NCBI RefSeq assembly: GCF_902652985.1
Contig: NC_047033.1
Span: 5,518,001 to 5,582,000 of the forward strand
Direction of reading: 5' to 3'
From: Pecten maximus
Lineage: Eukaryota
Length of the DNA stretch: 64,000 nt
Part shown: in pieces, positions 52,201-64,000 of the stretch
How the letters are laid out: each line of letters opens with the position of its first letter
Numbering within the stretch: the stretch's first letter is position 1
Translations under genes and position numbers: made by a program
The notes under the pieces: model-generated
The model's database searches: none
What the model saw: only the letters and a program-made list of their open reading frames with translations
What the model was told of the DNA's origin: nothing

Positions 52201-55200
52201 TTATTCTGATTTTTGTCCCCAAGATTGTTCCAACAGTCCCTGTGTTAATGGCGGCACTTGCAATAACGCAAATGGATGTGTTTGTCCTGGGGGCCTTTTT
52301 GGAACTTTCTGCGAACAAATAGGTAAGAATGGTTATATATGTGTCAAACTGTTTGTCGCGAATGTCTGCTGTGAAGAGTAATAATAAACATAATCAAAAT
52401 ATGTTTTTTCTCTGTATGCTCGGTGGTCTATGGTAGGACGAAGGGCTATGTTACCGAAGGGTCGCTAATACGAGTCCCGGCACTGACGGTGTGTTGTATC
52501 ATTGAATAAGATGTTTTACCCTGTTATGATCCAGTTTACTCCGCTGTAAATGAGCGCAGAGTAGGGTAGTACAAGAAATAAAAGCTATAAGCGCCGAAAT
52601 GGCAGCTCCGGCTGAAAACTCCTGGCAGATTTGAGAAAGACATAAGCTGGTTGCGAAAGGCCCATTAACCATAGATAATAATTTGTGAACTGCCTTGAGA
52701 CGGTTATGTTGCTGTGATATAGCAGTATATAAAACTCCAAATCATTATTGTTTTTATTATACACTATCGCATTTAATGATTCCAAGTCCTTGAAGTCTCC
52801 CTCATTGAAGCCCTGTCGTTACGAAGCCATTTCTATCTTGAATTTAACCATTTTCATCAATCTTTATTAAAACGAAGACAATACCGATAAAAACCGAAAT
52901 CCTAACTCTCACTAAAAATCGATAACACGATTACAAAGTACATTTACAAACAATAACAAATCCATTAAGTTTGTAAAATGACATTGATAATACGACAAGA
53001 TCTTCTGTAGTTTTAACACACAATGCAAATACATGCTGCATTGAAAAAAATCATCTAAACAAATCAATCACATCAATATCGATATGTATGTGTGATCATA
53101 GTGGGTCATACAGATCTTATATATGTTTTAAGATTGTAACAGTGATAGTGGCATTAATCCATGTCTAAATGGCGGCACGTGCGAAACTAACGCTGGAGGA
53201 ATGGGTTCGTGTGTATGTGCACCAGATTTCACCGGACACGTTTGCGACAAAGTCGGTACGTCGTTTTTGAATTTATTTCTCTCCGTTGCATTGAATGCTG
53301 TTGCATTCTTTTTCTTGAAAACATAAGTTTGTATTTGCCTTGTATAAACAAGTGAAGAGATGCGTGATAGATTAAATACTATAATTGAAATAAAAGTTGT
53401 GTGTTTAATTGAAATTATAGTAAGATGTATATTCTCATCAGGACTTTTCAAGCTTATGATCTGAATTCCCTCTCTTTCGATCTTTGTCATTCCTAAGTAA
53501 TTTGACGAAAGACGAAATAGCTTAGGGTGTTTTTACATGCCTTATTCTGTAGACACAATGTCTCTTATAGTATTCAGATCTAAAGGCGCTATACTTGATA
53601 AAGTATTTTCATTCTTGTATCAAATCAAGAATAGAAACATGAGATAATAACCATTCTATACACATTTATGTAACATAAATTCGTTTGAGACATTCCCGAA
53701 GTCTGGTTTATGCTTATTCCAAACATAATATGTTAACAATAGAAATTAATGCCATCGTTCTAAACATAATCACATGGTAGGTAAATTTGACTTATTTATG
53801 TGTTGACAACAACATAAGTTAAAGTGATACAATATTCACAACTGTGTAGGATAATTAGGAATGTGTCTTTAGTTATTTAATGTCGAAAATGACCATAATC
53901 AATATTTCGCTTCTTATGCTAGGTATCAATAGCATTAAACTACACCAGTAATGATCGAAAGAGAAGATTAATTTAGGGTTTTATCTTGTATCTTCTTTCT
54001 AAGAAAAAAAACGTTCTTTTTCCTAATAGCTTCTTTGACTCTGCCACACTTTTAGCCATCATTTGAGTATTCGCCCCTTTTGAGAAAGGTATTGGGTTCT
54101 GTCCTTTGATCAAAATATACCATCGTCTCCAAAAATGGTAGATTCTACTCCTGCTTAGCGCTCATCATTTAGGAAGTTGAACGATTGGTTCACCATTGTT
54201 AGCATAATGTGACCAAATGTGGCGTCTTACCGGATATTTTCGGGGTTGTGCTAAAGTGACAACATAAAAGTCTCCTCCAAATAATAACGCTACATATCAG
54301 TGCTGAAAAAAGATTATGATTTCAAACAATCAGAAATTAATTAATTGGAAATATTTTACGACATAAACATCCGTTTGTGAAATGTATAACAAAGGCTTTA
54401 AGGTAGTATTGTATAGTAAACGGGTCCATTCTTAAAAAATAAGGCATACATTTTAGATATGTAATAAACATAGCCAGTTAACCCTACATATTACCTATAA
54501 TAAAGTATAAATATATCTTTGTAATTTGCTCAACATTTGAAAATTTAATACAGATATGGAGGATAAGTAAACTCATGTTTCGATGTTTGCCTGTGAAAAC
54601 CATGGCAAACACTTCAAAAAACCTTAAATATTGAAAAATATCATCACAAAAACCAAGAACAAAAAAGACCCAATTCTCTACGCATTTTATTTTTTCTGAA
54701 AGATATCTGGTTTCAGAAAATCCGGAAATCTAGAATCCGGAACCAATTTTCTTTCTTTTTTTTTCTTTTTTTTTAACAAATGTGATGCATGCATATTATA
54801 CTGCATAATGAATATACAAATTATATTATACTTTTTTTTCTTCTCTTTTTTTTTTCTCTATTTCCGTGCATATCAGATTACAGGATTTATTTGCTTAAAA
54901 TCACCCATGGCTAGTCTAGTCTACTCTACTGTAGTGTGCTACCTAACAGGTTAATATGTGTTCAAACCATTTTGATAAGGTGTTATTAAAATTTGAGCTC
55001 ACTGACGTCATTTGTTTTCAATAAGTTCAAATGCATGTTGCTTAAGTCACAAGAAAACTTAGATCAATGTAAATTGTAAACAGATAATGGTTGTAACACG
55101 CTAATATATAGTCGATATGAATAGAATTAAGATGACAAATATATGTTCATTTCGCCTGAATGAGCAACGTTTGATTTGTTTGTCACCCAAATGTTATATC

Positions 55201-58200
55201 ACTTGTATACTAGAGTCTGGAAACGGTTGAATGCTTAAATATACTCCGGGAAATGCGTTTTCAACTTTATGTAGGATTTGTTGTTTTTATATTGACATAA
55301 ATGGACTGTCGACTTCGCTTATTCTGATTTTTGTCCCCAAGATTGTTCCAACAGTCCCTGTGTTAATGGCGGCACTTGCAATAACGCAAATGGATGTGTT
55401 TGTCCTGGGGGCCTTTTTGGAACTTTCTGCGAACAAATAGGTAAGAATGGTTATATATGTGTGTCAAACTGTTTGTCGCGAATGTCTGCTGTGAAGAGTA
55501 ATAATAAACATAATCAAAATATGTTTTTTCTCTGTATGCTCGGTGGTCTATGGTAGGACGAAGGGCTATGTTACCGAAGGGTCGTTAATACGAGTCCCGG
55601 CACTGACGGTGTGTTGTATCATTGAACAAGATGTTTTACCCTGTTATGATCCAGTTTACTCTGCTGTAAATGAGCGCATAGTAGGGTAGTACAAGAAATA
55701 CAAGCTATTAGCGCCGAAATGGCAGCTCCGGCTGAAAACTCCTGGCAGATTTGAGAAAGACATAAGCTGGTTGCTAAAGGCCCAATAACCATGGATAATA
55801 ATTTGTGAACTGCCTTGAGACGGTTATGTTGCAGTGATATAGCAGTATATAAAACTCCATTATTGTTTTTATTATACACTATCGCATTTAATGATTCCAA
55901 GTCCTTGAAGACTCCCTCATTGAAGCCCTGTCGTTACGAAGCCATTTCTATCTTGAATTTAACCATTTTCATCAATCTTTATTAAAACGAAGACAATACC
56001 GATAAAAACCGAAATTCTAACTCTCACTAAAAATCGATAACACGATTACAAAGTACATTTACAAACAATAACAAATCCATTAAGTTTGTAAAATGACATT
56101 GATAATACGACAAGATCTTCTGTAGTTTTAACACACAATGCAAATACATGCTGCATTGAAAAAAATCATCTAAACAAATCAATCACATCAATATCGATAT
56201 GTATGTGTGATCATAGTGGGTCATACAGATCTTATATATGTTTTAAGATTGTAACAGTGATAGTGGCATTAATCCATGTCTAAATGGCGGCACGTGCGAA
56301 ACTAACGCTGGAGGAATGGGTTCGTGTGTATGTGCACCAGATTTCACCGGACACGTTTGCGACAAAGTCGGTACGTCGTTTTTGAATTTATTTCTCTCCG
56401 TTGCATTGAATGCTGTTGCATTCTTTTTCTTGAAAACATAAGTTTGTATTTGCCTTGTATAAACAAGTGAAGAGATGCGTGATAGATTAAATACTATAAT
56501 TGAAATAAAAGTTGTGTGTTTAATTGAAATTATAGTAAGATGTATATTCTCATCAGGACTTTTCAAGCTTATGATCTGAATTCCCTCTCTTTCGATCTTT
56601 GTCATTCCTAAGTAATTTGACGAAAGACGAAATAGCTTAGGGTGTTTTTACATGCCTTATTCTGTAGACACAATGTCTCTTATAGTATTCAGATCTAAAG
56701 GCGCTATACTTGATAAAGTATTTTCATTCTTGTATCAAATCAATAATAGAAACATGAGATAATAACCATTCTATACACATTTATGTAACATAAATTCGTT
56801 TGAGACATTCCCGAAGTCTGGTTTATGCTTATTCCAAACATAATATGTTAACAATAGAAATTAATGCCATCGTTCTAAACATAATCACATGGTAGGTAAA
56901 TTTGACTTATTTACGTGTTGACAACAACATAAGTTAAAGTGATACAATATTCACAACTGTGTAGGATAATTAGGAATGTGTCTTTAGTTATTTAATGTCG
57001 AAAATGACCATAATCAATATTTCGCTTCTGATGCTAGGTATCAATAGCATTAAACTACACCAGTAATGATCGAAAGAGAAGATTAATTTAGGGTTTTATC
57101 TTGTATCTTCTTTCTAAGAAAAAAAACGTTCTTTTTCCTAATAGCTTCTTTGACTCTGCCACACTTTTAGCCATCATTTGAGTATTCGCCCCTTTTGAGA
57201 AAGGTATTGGGTTCTGTCCTTTGATCAAAATATACCATCGTCTCCAAAAATGGTAGATTCTACTCCTGCTTAGCGCTCATCATTTAGGAAGTTGAACGAT
57301 TGGTTCACCATTGTTAGCATAATGTGACCAAATGTGGCGTCTTACCGGATATTTTCGGGGTTGTGCTAAAGTGACAACATAAAAGTCTCCTCCAAATAAT
57401 AACGCTACATATCAGTGCTGAAAAAAGATTATGATTTCAAACAATCAGAAATTAATTAATTGGAAATATTTTACGACATAAACATCCGTTTGTGAAATGT
57501 ATAACAAAGGCTTTAAGGTAGTATTGTATAGTAAACGGGTCCATTCTAAAAAAATAAGGCATACATTTTAGATATGTAATAAACATAGCCAGTTAACCCT
57601 ACATATTACCTATAATAAAGTATAAATATATCTTTGTAATTTGCTCAACATTTGAAAATTTAATACAGATATGGAGGATAAGTAAACTCATGTTTCGATG
57701 TTTGCCTGTGAAAACCATGGCAAACACTTCAAAAAACCTTAAATATTGAAAAATATCATCACAAAAACCAAGAACAAAAAAGACCCAATTCTCTACGCAT
57801 TTTATTTTTTCTGAAAGATATCTGGTTTCAGAAAATCCGGAAATCTAGAATCCGGAACCAATTTTCTTTCTTTTTTTTTCTTTTTTTTTAACAAATGTGA
57901 TGCATGCATATTATACTGCATAATGAATATACAAATTATATTATACTTTTTTTTCTTCTCTTTTTTTTTCTCTATTTCCGTGCATATCAGATTACAGGAT
58001 TTATTTGCTTAAAATCACCCATGACTAGTCTAGTCTACTCTACTGTAGTGTGCTACCTAACAGGTTAATATGTGTTCAAACCATTTTGATAAGGTGTTAT
58101 TAAAATTTGAGCTCACTGACGTCATTTGTTTTCAATAAGTTCAAATGCATGTTGCTTAAGTCACAAGAAAACTTAGATCAATGTAAATTATAAACAGATA

Positions 58201-61200
58201 ATGGTTGTAACACGCTAATATATAGTCGATATGAATAGAATTAAGATGACAAATATATGTTCATTTCGCCTGAATAAGCAACGTTTGATTTGTTTGTCAC
58301 CCAAATGTTATATCACTTGTATACTAGAGTCTGGAAACGGTTGAATGCTTAAATATACTCCGGGAAATGCGTTTTCAACTTTATGTAGGATTTGTTGTTT
58401 TTATATTGACATAAATGGACTGTCGACTTCGCTTATTCTGATTTTTGTCCCCAAGATTGTTCCAACAGTCCCTGTGTTAATGGCGGCACTTGCAATAACG
58501 CAAATGGATGTGTTTGTCCTGGGGGCCTTTTTGGAACTTTCTGCGAACAAATAGGTAAGAATGGTTATATATGTGTGTCAAACTGTTTGTCGCGAATGTC
58601 TGCTGTGAAGAGTAATAATAAACATAATCAAAATATGTTTTTTCTCTGTATGCTCGGTGGTCTATGGTAGGACGAAGGGCTATGTTACCGAAGGGTCGCT
58701 AATACGAGTCCCGGCACTGACGGTGTGTTGTATCATTGAACAAGATGTTTTACCCTGTTATGATCCAGTTTACTCTGCTGTAAATGAGCGCATAGTAGGG
58801 TAGTACAAGAAATACAAGCTATTAGCGCCGAAATGGCAGCTCCGGCTGAAAACTCCTGGCAGATTTGAGAAAGACATAAGCTGGTTGCTAAAGGCCCAAT
58901 AACCATGGATAATAATTTGTGAACTGCCTTGAGACAGTTATGTTGCTGTGATATAGCAGTATATAAAACTCCAAATCATTATTGTTTTTATTATACACTA
59001 TCGCATTTAATGGTTCCAAGGCCTTGAAGACTCCCTCATTGAAGCCCTGTCGTTACGAAGCCATTTCTATCTTGAATTTAGCCATTTTCATCAATCTTTA
59101 TTAAAACAAAGACAATACCGATAAAAACCGAAATCCTAACTCTCACTGAAAATCGATAACACGATTACAAAGTACATTTACGACCAATAACAAATCCATT
59201 AAGTTTGTTGACATTGATAATACGACAAGATCTTCTGTAGTTTCGACACACAATGCAAATACATGCGGCACTGAAAAAAATCATCTAAACAAATCAATCA
59301 CATCAATATCGATATGTATGTGTGATCATAGTGGGTCATACAGATCCTATATATGTTTTAAGATTGTAACAGTGATAGTGGCATTAATCCATGTCTAAAT
59401 GGCGGCACGTGCGAAACTAACGGTGGAGGAATGGGTTCGTGTGTATGTGCACCAGATTTCACCGGACACGTTTGCGACAAAGTCGGTAAGTCGTTTTTGA
59501 ATTTATTTCTCTCCGTTGCATTGAATGCTGTTGCATTCTTTTTCTTGAAAACATAAGTTTGTATTTACCTTGTATAAACAAGTGAAGAGATGCGTGATAG
59601 ATTAAATACTATAATTGAATTCCCTCTCTTTCGATCTTTGTCATACCTAAGCAATTTGACGAAAGACGAAATAGCTGAGGGTGTTTTTACATGCCTTATT
59701 CTGTAAACACAATGTCTCTGATAGCATTCAGATCTAAATGCGTATCCTTTAAACAGTTTTTTTTGTAGACTTAACAAGCAGACGAATATATATCATCATT
59801 CTGCATGTTTCCTTATCATTACAGCTATATATATTGTTTGTATTATTTTTTTCAACTCATTTCTACGATTTTTTCTCTCATCCATACTAATTTGTATCAT
59901 ATTTGAACGATATCTCTATAGTTAATTTGCAGTTTCATTAAATGATTCGACGAAGCAAATTAAATAGGGCTTCCTGTTACGTTCGGTATCAATAGACCTG
60001 AAGGGCATTTTGAATTTGTTAAAATTCAATAATATAAGCCACCAAGAAAAACATCAATCAACTTCACAAGTTGTGACGCTTCAAATATGTAATACAAGGA
60101 TTGTAGTTGTCTCAAAATCATGTTCAGTGTCATTCTAGATATGAAATTAACATAGTTGTTAACTTCGTTACAGGGGCACTGTTCGGCTTTTGAAAAAAAA
60201 ATGCAAAGCACGACAACATTTAAAAGTCCAGTATTGATACAAACCTTGTGAAAATCGAGGGTATCGACATGGTTTTCTGATGTTTATACATAATAGATTT
60301 GTTAGTGTTGTGGCTATTCACTGATTTCAAAGGCCTACCTTACATCAAATTTCGGGACCGAGTCGCACTCATCTGAATGATTAACATGGAATCCATCTCA
60401 GATGAAATATCCTTAGAATCGTTGTCACCTACTGAAAGGAGGATTTAAATTAGAATTTCAGAGTAGCGTTAATCAAGTTGATAGGAACATAAGTGTTTCC
60501 AGGGATGATGTCGAGTGTATACAATGCAATACCCATTCAGCATCGCCCCAATTCGAAATGATAACGACCAATACCCAAAAAGCCTTTAATCTTAAACAAT
60601 ATTAACAATTATGCAGTTGGTATCAATTATTCGATATATACACAAGTATTCGAAATGTATAATAAAGGTTGACTAGTGTCAGAACCATTTTATGAGCGTG
60701 TCGTTTACGACGACACTAAAACCTATTCAATTTCTTCAAGAAAAGTTGGCTGGTCTTCGATTTGACCGTACGGACATTTAAATAACAAGCGGTTAATTCC
60801 ATGCATTTATGCTTTAATCTGAAATTACATTAAACGATATATACACAGTAAATAGTTCTGAAATTCTAGCATCCAGTCGAAATGAATACAGTTTGGGTAA
60901 CAAATCAATGTTCATGTTAGGAATGTTCACTTTACCTTTCACTCATTATTCACATCGCCTGTTTACCAGCCTCTGGTAACAGTTATTCAATGCTTTCAGA
61001 TACTTCCGGAAATAAGGTCTCTTACTTCCTGTTGGATTCGTAATTTCAAATTGATACAAATGGTATGTTGACTACTCTTATTCTGTTAAAGTCTGATTTG
61101 TTTTCATTTAAGATTGTTCCAACAATCCTTGTCTTAATGGCGGCAGCTGCTATTCCGGAACCGGCTGTGATTGTCCTGGGGGCCTTTTTGGAACTTTCTG

Positions 61201-63835
61201 TGAACAAATAGGTGAGGAGGTTGAATTTTTTGTTTTTTTGTTCTTTCTTTCTATATGTGTTTTATGCACTATTATCTTTCATCATTTAAGTCCTTAAGAT
61301 TGCAACGTTAAGCTTTATCTCAAATAAGTAATCTCCTTGAATTGTACTATTTCCATCAACGACCATTGAAACATAGACAATACTGATAAATACTGAAACC
61401 ACCATTCTCACTAAAAATCGGTATAATGATTGATTAATGCGAACAATATTTATTTTATTAATGTTATGAACTATGTAAAGGGACAAAGGAAAAAAGGACG
61501 AGGTGTTCCGGAAGATTGTAAGCGAATTATGTCTAATCGACTTTGCCTGCAATGCACATATTTGTAGCATTTCAAAAACGTTAAAAGAATCATGAAAAAT
61601 ATTGATATCAAGATTGTGGCGGAGATGATGGCGATGATACCAATCCTTGTCTTAACGGCGCCACATGTTTAACTGATGGTGGAGGAGTCGGTAGGTGTAG
61701 CTGTGCTCCAGATTTCACAGGAGACGTTTGCGACACAGTAGGTAGGTCGTTTGTGCCTTACTTCTTTCCATTTTCCAGAATATTTGACTTGTATGAACCA
61801 GTAAAGGGATGGGTGATATATTGCATACTAGTTGAAATATTAACCATGTTTATATAATTTAATTATACTCGGAGGTATATTTTCATACCAACCTTTCAAA
61901 CTTGACATGTGCATTTCTCCTCTTTTCGTTCTTGCCATTCCTAATAGTTGAAATAACAGAAGTGCTTTTAGGTACTTACATGCCTTATGTATACATACTC
62001 CTCTATCATATAATTCATTTATAAAAGCGGTATTAAGTTTACAGTCATTCCTTAACTAAAACAAGCAGTGAAGTACATTCATCAATTTGAATGTTTAGTT
62101 ATCTTTACGGCTAAATGTCTTGTTTGTGCGACCTTTAAACTCATTTGTAGGAATATTTGTCTATCAATCATACTATTTTGTATCTCGTTGTTCGATGTTA
62201 AACTAGTTGAATTGCCATTTTATCAAAACAACTTGACGTCCATTTCTCCTTTGAACCACCTATTATCATATCCATACGTTTAAAACATGCAGGCCCTTTC
62301 AAAAATGACCAGAATTAGCTTTTTCAAGAAGATTATTTCTAATAAAAATATCAATATTCACGTTCCTTGTGCCATTTGCCTATATGTCGTTGGTAAAGAG
62401 GGGCCGCGGTGGCCGAGTGGTTAAGGTGTCCCGACACTTTAACGCTAGCCTTCCACCTCTGGGTTGCGAGTTTGAAACCTACGTGGGGCAGTTGCCAGGT
62501 ACTGGCCGTAGGCCGGTGGTTTTTCTCCGGGTACTCCGGCTTTCCTCCACCTCCAAACCTGGCACGTCCTTAAATGACCATGGCTGTTTATAAGACGTTA
62601 AACAAAAACAAACAAACAAACGTTAGTAAACCAAACTGAGGTGTACGGAACTGCATACCAAAATATCGGTCAATGTTGGAATATAGCTCCATTTATTCTA
62701 GGTGAAGCAAAGCTTTTAGTTACGTTCGATATGATAAGGCCTGGAGAGCATTCTGAATTTGTAAGCATTTTATCAAATAAGCAACCGCGAAAAAATTATA
62801 CGACCTCATAAGTTGTGACACACTTTCGGAGGAAATTCCTATACAGTTTTCCTTCAGGAATTAAAAATAACTGCATTAATGTAAATACAAACATTCACTG
62901 TAACAACATGCTAGTTTATAGTCAATATGAAAACAATTTTGGTTGACAGATAACCATGCATGTCACCTGAACGTAAAATGTTCCCTTTATCTCTCATCCA
63001 TGTATTCACATCGCCTGTTTACTAGCCTCTGGTAACAGTTATTCAATGCTTTCAGATACTTCAGGAAAGAAGGTGTCTTTCTTCCTGTTGGATTCGTAAT
63101 TTCAAATTGATACAAATGGTATGTTGACAACTCTTATTCTGTTAAAGTCTAATTTGTTTTCATTTAAGATTGTACCAACAATCCTTGTCTTAATGGCGGC
63201 AGCTGCTGTAACGGAACCGGCTGTGTTTGTCCTGGGGGTCTTTCTGGAACTTTCTGTGAACAAATAGGTGAGAACGTTGATATGTGCGTGAATATGTATA
63301 TCACGAATATCAGCTGTAAGGAATATCAATTAATGGTAATAAAAATATTTCTTATTTTCTCTCTTTTTTAAAGAATATTTCTTACACTTTTGCACATTTT
63401 ATGATTCCAAGTCCTTAACGACTGCTTCGTTTAAGCGTGCAGGGTAAGAAACAGAAAATATCTTGAGTTTTTGCATCAATAATTAGCAAACCGCAGACAA
63501 AACCGCTCAAAACCGAAAACGTAATTCTAACTCAAATTCAATAAAGCCATTGAAAATTCGAACGATAAAAAAGTTTCTATGAACCGTATAAAATGACAAC
63601 GATAAAAAGACCAGCCATTTCGGAAGATTATAAGCCTATTCTGCTTCATCGAATTGACCCGCATTGCAAATTGTATTAACGACTGTGAGTTATCATTGGG
63701 AATTTCGACGTTTTATGGTTTAAGATTGTAGTGGAAATCCCTGTCTGAACAGCGGGACGTGCATAACTGATGAAGTAGGAATTGGTTCTTGCTGTTGTGA
63801 ACCAGGTTTCACCGGAAATATTTGTGAATCTGTAG
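49206..63835 (+). CDS. Secreted (or membrane) multiple-EGF-repeat protein, 5' part; continues past the window
   Basis: Exons 49206-49260, 49945-49995, 51673-51780, 52224-52322, 53133-53255, 55342-55440, 56248-56370, 58456-58554, 59363-59485, 61113-61211, 61613-61741, 63169-63267, 63725-63835. All introns GT-AG and phase 1; the joined frame is open. Signal peptide followed by 11 six-Cys EGF modules. Confidence 0.88.
49322..49832 (+). repeat. 29-bp intronic minisatellite (AAGAATCTAAATCACTACAAAACAACTTC)n
   Basis: Period 29 (49451 to 49480); ~17 units. Confidence 0.93.
49945..49995 (+). CDS. EGF gene probable exon 2 (VDSSCGHIACINSTAIR)
   Basis: TTTTGTTTTGCAG acceptor, GTATGA donor, 51 nt, preserves phase 1. 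Confidence 0.6.
50599..50968. mobile_element. Intronic MITE with long imperfect TIRs
   Basis: GGTGGCATATTTCTGCCATCGAGTTGCCGACTT... versus ...AAGTCGGCAACACGATGACAGAAATATGCCACC; inverted similarity extends over 100 bp. Confidence 0.8.
51673..51780 (+). CDS. EGF exon 1 (CRPGQCQNGGTCLRGICICLSGFEGCFCE)
   Basis: EGF Cys spacing; TTTTAACAG acceptor, GTAAGT donor. Confidence 0.9.
52224..52322 (+). CDS. EGF exon A1 (DCSNSPCVNGGTCNNANGCVCPGGLFGTFCEQI)
   Basis: 99 nt, AG/GT, phase 1. Confidence 0.9.
   Translation: MVPTVPVLMAALAITQMDVFVLGAFLELSANK
52417..52740 (+). mobile_element. Diverged CORE-type SINE in intron (duplicated at ~55538 and ~58652)
   Basis: tRNA-like head GCTCGGTGGTCTATGGTAG..CGAGTCCCGG, then TGTATCATTGAATAAGATGTTTTACC..CAGTTTACTCCGCTGTAAATG resembling the CORE domain. 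Confidence 0.55.
53133..53255 (+). CDS. EGF exon B1 (DCNSDSGINPCLNGGTCETNAGGMGSCVCAPDFTGHVCDKV)
   Basis: 123 nt, AG/GT, phase 1. Confidence 0.9.
54080..54270 (+). mobile_element. Degraded Meta-type SINE fragment (duplicated at ~57195-57385)
   Basis: CTGCTTAGCGCTCATCATTTAGGAAG..GATTGGTT..CATAATGTGACC resembles the recalled Meta domain. Confidence 0.4.
54401..54944. mobile_element. Possible Kolobok-like MITE (duplicated at ~57516-58058)
   Basis: TTA|AGGTAGTA... and ...TGCTACCT|AA imperfect inverted termini. Confidence 0.4.
55342..55440 (+). CDS. EGF exon A2
   Basis: Same sequence as A1. Confidence 0.9.
   Translation: MVPTVPVLMAALAITQMDVFVLGAFLELSANK
56248..56370 (+). CDS. EGF exon B2
   Basis: Same sequence as B1. 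Confidence 0.9.
58456..58554 (+). CDS. EGF exon A3
   Basis: Same sequence as A1. Confidence 0.9.
   Translation: MVPTVPVLMAALAITQMDVFVLGAFLELSANK
59363..59485 (+). CDS. EGF exon B3
   Basis: As B1 with one Ala-to-Gly change; GTAAGT donor. Confidence 0.9.
61113..61211 (+). CDS. EGF exon A4 (DCSNNPCLNGGSCYSGTGCDCPGGLFGTFCEQI)
   Basis: 99 nt, AG/GT, phase 1. Confidence 0.9.
   Translation: MVPTILVLMAAAAIPEPAVIVLGAFLELSVNK
61613..61741 (+). CDS. EGF exon B4 (DCGGDDGDDTNPCLNGATCLTDGGGVGRCSCAPDFTGDVCDTV)
   Basis: 129 nt, AG/GT, phase 1; weak polypyrimidine tract. Confidence 0.8.
62398..62621 (+). mobile_element. Full-length tRNA-derived V-domain SINE
   Basis: A box TGGCCGAGTGG, B-box-like GTTTGAAACC, V core GGTTTTTCTCCGGGTACTCCGGCTTTCCTCC, 3' GACGTTAAAC(AAAC)n. 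Confidence 0.88.
63169..63267 (+). CDS. EGF exon A5 (DCTNNPCLNGGSCCNGTGCVCPGGLSGTFCEQI)
   Basis: 99 nt, AG/GT, phase 1. The preceding intron (~63005-63168) duplicates ~60950-61112. Confidence 0.9.
   Translation: MVPTILVLMAAAAVTEPAVFVLGVFLELSVNK
63725..63835 (+). CDS. EGF exon B5 (DCSGNPCLNSGTCITDEVGIGSCCCEPGFTGNICESV)
   Basis: 111 nt, AG/GTAAG, phase 1. Confidence 0.88.
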
Positions 63836-63851
63836 GTAAGTTGTTTGTGTC

Positions 63852-63915
63852 TTTATTAGTCCCCTGCCGTTTGAAAAACGGGGGGACTTTAGGTTTACCC
63901 TCCGTCCGTCCGTCC

Positions 63916-63953
<38 letters not shown>

Positions 63954-64000
63954 ATGTCTGTCTGTCTGTCTGTCTGTCCGTCCGTCCGTCCGTCCGTCTG
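63852..64000 (+). mobile_element. 5' end of a non-autonomous Helentron (HINE/DINE/pearl-like)
   Basis: TTTATT-AGTCCCC...GGGGACT inverted repeat followed by a (GTCC/GTCT)n microsatellite; runs off the window. Confidence 0.7.

Larger units (their letters stand above)
51795..59750 (+). repeat. Tandem segmental duplication, ~3.11-kb unit with two EGF exons, about 3 near-identical copies
   Basis: Exon A at 52224/55342/58456 and exon B at 53133/56248/59363; the introns are nearly identical too. Confidence 0.95.

Noticed and set aside
53128-58554. Duplicated 120-aa minus-strand and 69-aa plus-strand ORFs
   Set aside because: Antisense or wrong-frame readings over EGF exons and introns, repeated only because of the segmental duplication.
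62398-62480. tRNA gene
   Set aside because: A/B boxes continue into a SINE body and tail and no complete cloverleaf forms; the same holds for 14430-14518 and 15530-15580.

Overview
AT-rich animal genomic DNA. The SINE, LINE and TRIM repertoire suggests a bivalve mollusc; this is an inference, not a database result. Two host genes are supported. (1) A TRIM-type RING/B-box/coiled-coil/beta-propeller E3 ligase with one coding exon (10491-12386), plus a deleted, disabled paralog at ~29755-30255. (2) The 5' part of a secreted EGF-repeat gene (ATG 49206; 13 phase-1 exons visible, 11 of them single-EGF; it runs off the window). This gene is growing by tandem duplication of a ~3.1-kb two-exon unit and is largely missed by the ORF track. 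The rest is repeats: CR1-like and L1/Tx1-like LINE fragments, a 5'-truncated Gypsy with an intact -1 frameshift signal, V/CORE/Meta-type SINEs, several MITEs, ~160-bp palindromes, and 22-, ~23-, 29- and 48-bp tandem arrays. There is also a triple nest: an RTE-X-like LINE contains a MITE, which contains a near-intact 8.2-kb I/Nimb-type LINE with RNase H. That inner LINE is the most unusual object. Its 5' end carries a 62-bp copy of the target MITE's downstream sequence that matches a different MITE copy better than its own flank. Its 2.1-kb 3' UTR holds repeated structured modules and a Deu/Nin-like SINE core domain. Family names rest on motif recognition by eye and need confirming with Dfam/Repbase/Pfam searches.
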